DNA from: Monocercomonoides exilis PA203
Lineage: Eukaryota > Protista > Preaxostyla
Assembly (NCBI GenBank): GCA_001643675.2
Contig: LSRY02000007.1
Span: forward strand, 1 to 64,000
DNA: 64,000 nucleotides
Reading direction: 5' to 3'
Positions 1 to 11,320 of this stretch are shown in pieces; the first letter of the stretch is position 1, and each line of letters opens with the position of its first letter. The notes beneath the pieces are model-generated. The model saw only the letters and a list, made by a program, of their open reading frames with translations. It had not been told where the DNA came from and made no database searches. The position numbers were made by a program, and so were the translations under genes.

Positions 1-8
1 GTATTGCT
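1..8 (+). other. Probable Oxford Nanopore ligation-adapter remnant (GTATTGCT)
   Basis: GTATTGCT matches the 3' end of the ONT adapter (...TTACGTATTGCT) and precedes the telomere. This implies nanopore-derived sequence, so homopolymer lengths are unreliable. Confidence 0.75.
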
Positions 9-3000
9 AACCCTAACCCTAACCCTAACCCTAACCCTAACCCTAACCCTAACCCTAACCCTAACCCTAACCCTAACCCTAACCCTAACCCTAACCCTAA
101 CCCTAACCCTAACCCCTAACCCAACCCTAACCCTAACCCTAACCCTAACCCTAACCCTAACCCTAACCCTAACCCTAACCCTAACCCTAACCCTAACCCC
201 TAACCCTAACCCTAACCCTAACCCTAACCCTAACCCTAACCTAACCCTAACCCTAACCCTAACCCTAACCCTAACCCTAACCCTAACCCTAACCCTAACC
301 CTAACCCTAACCCTAACCCTAACCCTAACCCTAACCCTAACCCTAACCCTAACCCTAACCCTAACCCTAACCCTAACCCTAACCCTAACCCTAACCCTAA
401 CCCTAACCCTAACCCTAACCCTAACCCTAACCCTAACCTAACCCTAACCCTAACCCTAACCCTAACCCTAACCCTAACCCTAACCCTAACCCTAACCCTA
501 ACCCTAACCCTAACCCTAACCCTAACCCTAACCCTAACCCTAACCCTAACCCTAACCCTAACCCTAACCCTAACCCTAACCTAACCCTAACCCTAACCCT
601 AACCCTAACCCTAACCCTAACCCTAACCCTAACCCTAACCTAACCCTAACCCTAACCCTAACCCTAACCCTAACCCTAACCCTAACCTAACCCTAACCCT
701 AACCCTAACCCTAACCCTAACCCTAACCCTAACCCTAACCTAACCCTAACCCTAACCCTAACCTAACCCTAACCTAACCCTAACCCTAACCCTAACCCTA
801 ACCCTAACCCTAACCCTAACCCTAACCCCTAACCCTAACCCTAACCCTAACCCTAACCCTAACCCTAACCCTAACCCTAACCCTAACCCTAACCCTAACC
901 CTAACCCTAACCCTAACCCTAACCCTAACCCCTAACCCTAACCCTAACCCTAACCCTAACCCTAACCCTAACCCTAACCCTAACCCTAACCCTAACCCTA
1001 ACCCTAACCCTAACCCTAACCCTAACCCTAACCCTAACCCTAACCCTAACCCTAACCCTAACCCTAACCCTAACCCTAACCCTAACCCTAACCCTAACCC
1101 TAACCTAACCCTAACCCTAACCCTAACCCTAACCCTAACCCCTAACCCTAACCCTAACCCTAACCCTAACCCTAACCCTAACCCTAACCCTAACCCTAAC
1201 CCTAACCCTAACCCTAACCCTAACCCTAACCCTAACCCCTAACCCTAACCCTAACCCTAACCCTAACCCTAACCCTAACCCTAACCCTAACCCTAACCCT
1301 AACCCTAACCCTAACCCTAACCCTAACCCTAACCCTAACCCTAACCCTAACCCTAACCCTAACCCTAACCCTAACCCTAACCTAACCCTAACCCTAACCC
1401 TAACCCTAACCCTAACCCTAACCTAACCCTAACCCTAACCCTAACCCTAACCCTAACCCTAACCCTAACCTAACCCTAACCCTAACCCTAACCCTAACCC
1501 TAACCCTAACCCTAACCCTAACCCTAACCTAACCCTAACCCTAACCCTAACCCTAACCCTAACCCTAACCCTAACCTAACCCTAACCCTAACCCTAACCT
1601 AGTTTGAACCCTAACCCTAACCCTAACCCTAACCTAACCTAACCCTAACCCTAACCCTAACCCTAACCTAACCCTAACCCTAACCCTAACCCTAACCCTA
1701 ACCCTAACCCTAACCCTAACCCTAACCCTAACCCTAACCCTAACCCTAACCCTAACCCTAACCCTAACCCTAACCCTAACCCTAACCCTAACCCTAACCC
1801 TAACCCTAACCCTAACCCTAACCCTAACCCTAACCCTAACCCTAACCCTAACCCTAACCCTAACCCTAACCCTAACCCTAACCCTAACCCTAACCCTAAC
1901 CCTAACCCTAACCCTAACCCTAACCCTAACCCTAACCCTAACCCTAACCCTAACCCTAACCCTAACCCTAACCCTAACCCTAACCCTAACCCTAACCCTA
2001 ACCCTAACCCTAACCCTAACCCTAACCTAACCCTAACCTAACCCTAACCCTAACCCTAACCCTAACCCTAACCCTAACCCTAACCCTAACCCTAACCTAA
2101 CCCTAACCCTAACCTAACCCTAACCCTAACCTAACCCTAACCCTAACCCTAACCCTAACCCTAACCCTAACCCCCTAACCCTAACCCTAACCCTAACCCT
2201 AACCCTAACCCTAACCCTAACCCTAACCCTAACCCTAACCCTAACCCTAACCCTAACCCTAACCCTAACCCTAACCCTAACCCTAACCCTAACCCTAACC
2301 CTAACCCTAACCCTAACCCTAACCCTAACCCTAACCCTAACCCTAACCCTAACCCTAACCCTAACCCTAACCCTAACCCTAACCCTAACCCTAACCCTAA
2401 CCTAACCCTAACCCTAACCCTAACCCTAACCCTAACCCTAACCCTAACCCTAACCCTAACCCTAACCCTAACCCTAACCCTAACCTAACCCTAACCCTAA
2501 CCCTAACCCTAACCCTAACCCCTAACCCTAACCCTAACCCTAACCCTAACCCTAACCCTAACCCTAACCCTAACCCTAACCCTAACCTAACCTAACCCTA
2601 ACCCTAACCCTAACCCTAACCCTAACCCCTAACCCTAACCCTAACCCTAACCCTAACCCTAACCTAGTTTGAACCCTAACCCTAACCCTAACCCTAACCC
2701 CTAACCCTAACCCTAACCCTAACCCTAACCCTAACCCTAACCCTAACCCTAACCCTAACCCTAACCCTAACCCTAACCTAAACCCTAACCCTAACCCTAA
2801 CCCTAACCCTAACCCTAACCCTAACCCTAACCTAACCCTAACCCTAACCCTAACCCTAACCCTAACCCTAACCCTAACCCTAACCCTAACCCTAACCCTA
2901 ACCCTAACCCTAACCCTAACCCTAACCCTAACCCTAACCTAACCCTAACCCTAACCCTAACCCTAACCTAACCCTAACCTAACCCTAACCTAACCTAACC

Positions 3001-3023
3001 TAACCTAACCTAACCTAACCTAA
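9..3023 (-). repeat. Telomere, (TTAGGG)n on minus strand / (CCCTAA)n on plus, about 500 repeats
   Basis: Continuous CCCTAA array from the window start, with scattered CCTAA/CCCCTAA variants and two AGTTTG interruptions. Confidence 0.99.
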
Positions 3024-6000
3024 TTCATTAAAAATCAAAGGTTATTCTAACATTATAACAGATATATACAGTGGGAGTGTGAGTGGGGATGGGGGGTGTG
3101 GGGGTGGTGTGGGGGTTGTCAGATGAAATGCCCAGGGGCCAGGAACGAATTTATGAAAATTTGATTTTTGTGGGTTAGGCCAGACAGAAGGGTCTGTTTT
3201 GCAGGGGGATATGCCTGTGAAAAGGCAGGAAATGAGGTTTTAGAAGGCGTCCGCTCCGCGTCCGCCTTCTACGAAGGCCACATACTGCTCATAGGGGGCC
3301 CCCCATGAAACTCGGGGGTAAGGCAAATTTTTTGCCATAAAATTAACTCAAAAAATGACTGAAAAATGACTAAAAAATTCAAATATTTCCCTGAGTTTCT
3401 ATAAGATGACCATAAAAACTACACCAACAATCATCAGGTTCAGCACGGTCTAACCCGAACCTACAATCATATTTCTCATTGTCCTCAATCATTTTTAAAA
3501 AATTTATTTTTGACTTCTTTTTTGACTGATATTTCACTGAAAATCAAATATTTTCATAAGTCATGATAGAAAAGTTGTTAGATAATTTTGTAATAAATTA
3601 TTATTTATAAGTGCCTTTCATTGAAGGTTAGATTTCAACTGCCTTTAACCCTAACCATCACTTAACAACAATAATTTTGAATTAATTTCTGATTTTAATG
3701 GGTTAAATGTCAATATAATTAATTAAATAAATAAAATAAACATGAGAAATTGTTGGAGTCAGTTAAGATAGACTAATGGGAGATCAACATTTTGTCACAT
3801 GGTCGACCTAACACTAACTGTTAATACTATATTTTATAAAAAATAAATTTATTAAAAAAAAGAATATTTTTGGGTTAGAATGACAACAATAATATTCAAT
3901 TAATTAATTTTCAATTTTTTCATTTTTTCTCCAATATTATATTATTACACATAATTCACAACTAACACACTGGCAAAATATCTCCCTCCAAATCAGTCAT
4001 TCCAGTGAGATATAAAATATTTATTGTTTTTCTTCACTCAGAAAAATGACAAGAAAAATTCATTAAAAATCAAAGGTTATTCTAACATTATAACAGATAT
4101 ATACAGTGGGAGTGTGAGTGGGGATGGGGGTGTGGGGGTGGTGTGGGGGTTGTCAGATGAAATGCCCAGGGGCCAGGAACGAATTTATGAAAATTTGATT
4201 TTTGTGGGTTAGGCCAGACAGAAGGGTCTGTTTTGCAGGGGGATATGCCTGTGAAAAGGCAGGAAATGAGGTTTTAGAAGGCGTCCGCTCGCGTCCGCCT
4301 TCTACGAAGGCCACATACTGCTCATAGGGGGCCCCCCATGAAACTCGGGGTAAGGCAAATTTTTGCCATAAAATTAACTCAAAAATGACTGAAAAATGAC
4401 TAAAAAATTCAAATATTTCCCTGAGTTTCTATAAGATGACCATAAAAACTACACCAACAATCATCAGGTTCAGCACGGTCTAACCCGAACCTACAATCAT
4501 ATTTCTCATTGTCCTCAATCATTTTTAAAAAATTTATTTTTGACTTCTTTTTTGACTGATATTTCACTGAAAATCAAATATTTTCATAAGTCATGATAGA
4601 AAAGTTGTTAGATAATTTTGTAATAAATTATTATTTATAAGTGCCTTTCATTGAAGGTTAGATTTCAACTGCCTTTAACCCTAACCATCACTTAACAACA
4701 ATAATTTTGAATTAATTTCTGATTTTAATGGGTTAAATGTCAATATAATTAATTAAATAAATAAAATAAACATGAGAAATTGTTGGAGTCAGTTAAGATA
4801 GACTAATGGGAGATCAACATTTTGTCACATGGTCGACCTAACACTAACTGTTAATACTATATTTTATAAAAAATAAATTTATTAAAAAAAAAGAATATTT
4901 TTGGGTTAGAATGACAACAATAATATTCAATTAATTAATTTTCAATTTTTTCATTTTTTCTCCAATATTATATTATTACACATAATTCACAACTAACACA
5001 CTGGCAAAATATCTCCCTCCAAATCAGTCATTCCAGTGAGATATAAAATATTTATTGTTTTTCTTCACTCAGAAAAATGACAAGAAAAATTCATTAAAAA
5101 TCAAAGGTTATTCTAACATTATAACAGATATATACAGTGGGAGTGTGAGTGGGGATGGGGGTGTGGGGGTGGTGTGGGGTTGTCAGATGAAATGCCCAGG
5201 GGCCAGGAACGAATTTATGAAAATTTGATTTTTGTGGGTTAGGCCAGACAGAAGGGTCTGTTTTGCAGGGGGATATGCCTGTGAAAAGGCAGGAAATGAG
5301 GTTTTAGAAGGCGTCCGCTCCGCGTCCGCCTTCTACGAAGGCCACATACTGCTCATAGGGGGCCCCCATGAAACTCGGGGGTAAGGCAAATTTTTGCCAT
5401 AAAATTAACTCAAAAATGACTGAAAAATGACTAAAAAATTCAAATATTTCCCTGAGTTTCTATAAGATGACCATAAAAACTACACCAACAATCATCAGGT
5501 TCAGCACGGTCTAACCCGAACCTACAATCATATTTCTCATTGTCCTCAATCATTTTTAAAAATTTATTTTTGACTTCTTTTTGACTGATATTTCACTGAA
5601 AATCAAATATTTTCATAAGTCATGATAGAAAAGTTGTTAGATAATTTTGTAATAAATTATTATTTATAAGTGCCTTTCATTGAAGGTTAGATTTCAACTG
5701 CCTTTAACCCTAACCATCACTTAACAACAATAATTTTGAATTAATTTCTGATTTTAATGGGTTAAATGTCAATATAATTAATTAAATAAATAAAATAAAC
5801 ATGAGAAATTGTTGGAGTCAGTTAAGATAGACTAATGGGAGATCAACATTTTGTCACATGGTCGACCTAACACTAACTGTTAATACTATATTTTATAAAA
5901 AATAAATTTATTAAAAAAAAGAATATTTTTGGGTTAGAATGACAACAATAATATTCAATTAATTAATTTTCAATTTTTTCATTTTTTCTCCAATATTATA

Positions 6001-9000
6001 TTATTACACATAATTCACAACTAACACACTGGCAAAATATCTCCCTCCAAATCAGTCATTCCAGTGAGATATAAAATATTTATTGTTTTTCTTCACTCAG
6101 AAAAATGACAAGAAAAATTCATTAAAAATCAAAGGTTATTCTAACATTATAACAGATATATACAGTGGGAGTGTGAGTGGGGATGGGGGGTGTGGGGGTG
6201 GTGTGGGGGTTGTCAGATGAAATGCCCAGGGGCCAGGAACGAATTTATGAAAATTTGATTTTTGTGGGTTAGGCCAGACAGAAGGGTCTGTTTTGCAGGG
6301 GGATATGCCTGTGAAAAGGCAGGAAATGAGGTTTTAGAAGGCGTCCGCTCCGCGTCCGCCTTCTACGAAGGCCACATACTGCTCATAGGGGGCCCCCCAT
6401 GAAACTCGGGGGTAAGGCAAATTTTTTGCCATAAAATTAACTCAAAAAATGACTGAAAAATGACTAAAAAATTCAAATATTTCCCTGAGTTTCTATAAGA
6501 TGACCATAAAAACTACACCAACAATCATCAGGTTCAGCACGGTCTAACCCGAACCTACAATCATATTTCTCATTGTCCTCAATCATTTTTAAAAAATTTA
6601 TTTTTGACTTCTTTTTTGACTGATATTTCACTGAAAATCAAATATTTTCATAAGTCATGATAGAAAAGTTGTTAGATAATTTTGTAATAAATTATTATTT
6701 ATAAGTGCCTTTCATTGAAGGTTAGATTTCAACTGCCTTTAACCCTAACCATCACTTAACAACAATAATTTTGAATTAATTTCTGATTTTAATGGGTTAA
6801 ATGTCAATATAATTAATTAAATAAATAAAATAAACATGAGAAATTGTTGGAGTCAGTTAAGATAGACTAATGGGAGATCAACATTTTGTCACATGGTCGA
6901 CCTAACACTAACTGTTAATACTATATTTTATAAAAAATAAATTTATTAAAAAAAAGAATATTTTTGGGTTAGAATGACAACAATAATATTCAATTAATTA
7001 ATTTTCAATTTTTTCATTTTTTCTCCAATATTATATTATTACACATAATTCACAACTAACACACTGGCAAAATATCTCCCTCCAAATCAGTCATTCCAGT
7101 GAGATATAAAATATTTATTGTTTTTCTTCACTCAGAAAAATGACAAGAAAAATTCATTAAAAATCAAAGGTTATTCTAACATTATAACAGATATATACAG
7201 TGGGAGTGTGAGTGGGGATGGGGGGTGTGGGGGTGGTGTGGGGGTTGTCAGATGAAATGCCCAGGGGCCAGGAACGAATTTATGAAAATTTGATTTTTGT
7301 GGGTTAGGCCAGACAGAAGGGTCTGTTTTGCAGGGGGATATGCCTGTGAAAAGGCAGGAAATGAGGTTTTAGAAGGCGTCCGCTCCGCGTCCGCCTTCTA
7401 CGAAGGCCACATACTGCTCATAGGGGGCCCCCCATGAAACTCGGGGGTAAGGCAAATTTTTTGCCATAAAATTAACTCAAAAAATGACTGAAAAATGACT
7501 AAAAAATTCAAATATTTCCCTGAGTTTCTATAAGATGACCATAAAAACTACACCAACAATCATCAGGTTCAGCACGGTCTAACCCGAACCTACAATCATA
7601 TTTCTCATTGTCCTCAATCATTTTTAAAAAATTTATTTTTGACTTCTTTTTTGACTGATATTTCACTGAAAATCAAATATTTTCATAAGTCATGATAGAA
7701 AAGTTGTTAGATAATTTTGTAATAAATTATTATTTATAAGTGCCTTTCATTGAAGGTTAGATTTCAACTGCCTTTAACCCTAACCATCACTTAACAACAA
7801 TAATTTTGAATTAATTTCTGATTTTAATGGGTTAAATGTCAATATAATTAATTAAATAAATAAAATAAACATGAGAAATTGTTGGAGTCAGTTAAGATAG
7901 ACTAATGGGAGATCAACATTTTGTCACATGGTCGACCTAACACTAACTGTTAATACTATATTTTATAAAAAATAAATTTATTAAAAAAAAGAATATTTTT
8001 GGGTTAGAATGACAACAATAATATTCAATTAATTAATTTTCAATTTTTTCATTTTTTCTCCAATATTATATTATTACACATAATTCACAACTAACACACT
8101 GGCAAAATATCTCCCTCCAAATCAGTCATTCCAGTGAGATATAAAATATTTATTGTTTTTCTTCACTCAGAAAAATGACAAGAAAAATTCATTAAAAATC
8201 AAAGGTTATTCTAACATTATAACAGATATATACAGTGGGAGTGTGAGTGGGGATGGGGGTGTGGGGGTGGTGTGGGGTTGTCAGATGAAATGCCCAGGGG
8301 CCAGGAACGAATTTATGAAAATTTGATTTTTGTGGGTTAGGCCAGACAGAAGGGTCTGTTTTGCAGGGGGATATGCCTGTGAAAAGGCAGGAAATGAGGT
8401 TTTAGAAGGCGTCCGCTCCGCGTCCGCCTTCTACGAAGGCCACATACTGCTCATAGGGGGCCCCCATGAAACTCGGGGTAAGGCAAATTTTTGCCATAAA
8501 ATTAACTCAAAAATGACTGAAAAATGACTAAAAAATTCAAATATTTCCCTGAGTTTCTATAAGATGACCATAAAAACTACACCAACAATCATCAGGTTCA
8601 GCACGGTCTAACCCGAACCTACAATCATATTTCTCATTGTCCTCAATCATTTTTAAAAAATTTATTTTTGACTTCTTTTTTGACTGATATTTCACTGAAA
8701 ATCAAATATTTTCATAAGTCATGATAGAAAAGTTGTTAGATAATTTTGTAATAAATTATTATTTATAAGTGCCTTTCATTGAAGGTTAGATTTCAACTGC
8801 CTTTAACCCTAACCATCACTTAACAACAATAATTTTGAATTAATTTCTGATTTTAATGGGTTAAATGTCAATATAATTAATTAAATAAATAAAATAAACA
8901 TGAGAAATTGTTGGAGTCAGTTAAGATAGACTAATGGGAGATCAACATTTTGTCACATGGTCGACCTAACACTAACTGTTAATACTATATTTTATAAAAA

Positions 9001-10886
9001 ATAAATTTATTAAAAAAAAAGAATATTTTTGGGTTAGAATGACAACAATAATATTCAATTAATTAATTTTCAATTTTTTCATTTTTTCTCCAATATTATA
9101 TTATTACACATAATTCACAACTAACACACTGGCAAAATATCTCCCTCCAAATCAGTCATTCCAGTGAGATATAAAATATTTATTGTTTTTCTTCACTCAG
9201 AAAAATGACAAGAAAAATTCATTAAAAATCAAAGGTTATTCTAACATTATAACAGATATATACAGTGGGAGTGTGAGTGGGGATGGGGGGTGTGGGGGTG
9301 GTGTGGGGGTTGTCAGATGAAATGCCCAGGGGCCAGGAACGAATTTATGAAAATTTGATTTTTGTGGGTTAGGCCAGACAGAAGGGTCTGTTTTGCAGGG
9401 GGATATGCCTGTGAAAAGGCAGGAAATGAGGTTTTAGAAGGCGTCCGCTCCGCGTCCGCCTTCTACGAAGGCCACATACTGCTCATAGGGGGCCCCCCAT
9501 GAAACTCGGGGTAAGGCAAATTTTTGCCATAAAATTAACTCAAAAATGACTGAAAAATGACTAAAAAATTCAAATATTTCCCTGAGTTTCTATAAGATGA
9601 CCATAAAAACTACACCAACAATCATCAGGTTCAGCACGGTCTAACCCGAACCTACAATCATATTTCTCATTGTCCTCAATCATTTTTAAAAAATTTATTT
9701 TTGACTTCTTTTTGACTGATATTTCACTGAAAATCAAATATTTTCATAAGTCATGATAGAAAAGTTGTTAGATAATTTTGTAATAAATTATTATTTATAA
9801 GTGCCTTTCATTGAAGGTTAGATTTCAACTGCCTTTAACCCTAACCATCACTTAACAACAATAATTTTGAATTAATTTCTGATTTTAATGGGTTAAATGT
9901 CAATATAATTAATTAAATAAATAAAATAAACATGAGAAATTGTTGGAGTCAGTTAAGATAGACTAATGGGAGATCAACATTTTGTCACATGGTCGACCTA
10001 ACACTAACTGTTAATACTATATTTTATAAAAAATAAATTTATTAAAAAAAAGAATATTTTTGGGTTAGAATGACAACAATAATATTCAATTAATTAATTT
10101 TCAATTTTTTCATTTTTTCTCCAATATTATATTATTACACATAATTCACAACTAACACACTGGCAAAATATCTCCCTCCAAATCAGTCATTCCAGTGAGA
10201 TATAAAATATTTATTGTTTTTCTTCACTCAGAAAAATGACAAGAAAAATTCATTAAAAATCAAAGGTTATTCTAACATTATAACAGATATATACAGTGGG
10301 AGTGTGAGTGGGGATGGGGGGTGTGGGGGTGGTGTGGGGGTTGTCAGATGAAATGCCCAGGGGCCAGGAACGAATTTATGAAAATTTGATTTTTGTGGGT
10401 TAGGCCAGACAGAAGGGTCTGTTTTGCAGGGGGATATGCCTGTGAAAAGGCAGGAAATGAGGTTTTAGAAGGCGTCCGCTCCGCGTCCGCCTTCTACGAA
10501 GGCCACATACTGCTCATAGGGGGCCCCCCATGAAACTCGGGGGTAAGGCAAATTTTTTGCCATAAAATTAACTCAAAAAATGACTGAAAAATGACTAAAA
10601 AATTCAAATATTTCCCTGAGCTTCTATAAGATGACCATAAAAACTACACCAACAATCATCAGGTTCAGCACGGTCTAACCCGAACCTACAATCATATTTC
10701 TCATTGTCCTCAATCATTTTTAAAAAATTTATTTTTGACTTCTTTTTTGACTGATATTTCACTGAAAATCAAATATTTTCATAAGTCATGATAGAAAAGT
10801 TGTTAGATAATTTTGTAATAAATTATTATTTATAAGTGCCTTTCATTGAAGGTTAGATTTCAACTGCCTTTAACCCTAACCCTAAC
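3022..10886 (+). repeat. Subtelomeric head-to-tail tandem array, ~1.03-kb unit, about 7.6 copies, non-coding
   Basis: AATTCATTAAAAATCAAAGG recurs at 3022, 4057, 5088, 6116, 7151, 8186, 9216 and 10247. TAACCCTAACC recurs at 3646, 4676, 5705, 6740, 7775, 8804, 9836 and 10871. Copies differ almost only in homopolymer length, and no ORF is conserved across copies. Confidence 0.98.
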
Positions 10887-10907
10887 ATCGGTTTTTGCAC
10901 GACTTTT

Positions 10908-11320
10908 TGTGACTATATCCGATTGTGATTATATGCGATGTGTCTTTACACAGAAAAAAATAAAAATTAATTTTTGAAATAATTAATTTTGGGTCAATTT
11001 TTTTATTTTTGAAAAAACTTGACAAATACACATTTTTCAATAGAAATAACAATTTTTATTGTTTTATTATGTTATTCAGACTTTTTTAAACATTATTTTG
11101 AAAAATCGATTTTTTGAAATTTTTTATCAAAAAATATATTTTTAATTGAAATTATCACAAATAATGAAAACAATTATGATTTCATATTTTCAGCCCTGTG
11201 ACTATATGTGATGGATATTGAATGAAAAATTGGGAAAAATTGTTTGTGCATGGATAAATGTGACTATAAACGAATGTGATTGTATTCGACGTGATTATAT
11301 CCGGTTTTGACTGTTAACAA
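10908..11320 (+). repeat. Cluster of degenerate ~16-bp motifs, consensus TGTGAYTATATNCGAT
   Basis: TGTGACTATATCCGAT-TGTGATTATATGCGAT from 10908; TGTGACTATATGTGAT at 11197; TGTGACTATAAACGAA-TGTGATTGTATTCGAC-GTGATTATATCCGGT from 11259. Confidence 0.7.

Noticed and set aside
4-441. 145-aa (LT)n ORF
   Set aside because: It is a translation of telomeric repeat.
3370-3460. CTGATGA...GAAA on the minus strand of the unit as a hammerhead ribozyme
   Set aside because: No convincing stem II or stem III pairing could be built by eye.
3646-3656. Repeat unit as the telomerase RNA gene itself (11-nt template-like tract)
   Set aside because: The tract coincides with the array's junction to unique DNA and is better explained as the unit boundary. 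No pseudoknot evidence was found, though it is not formally excluded.
4024-8527. Short ORFs in the repeat unit (62 and 65 aa)
   Set aside because: They are not consistently open across copies, depend on homopolymer length and show no recognisable domain.
3022-10886. rDNA/5S array or CRISPR
   Set aside because: No rRNA motifs recognised; units are identical with no unique spacers.
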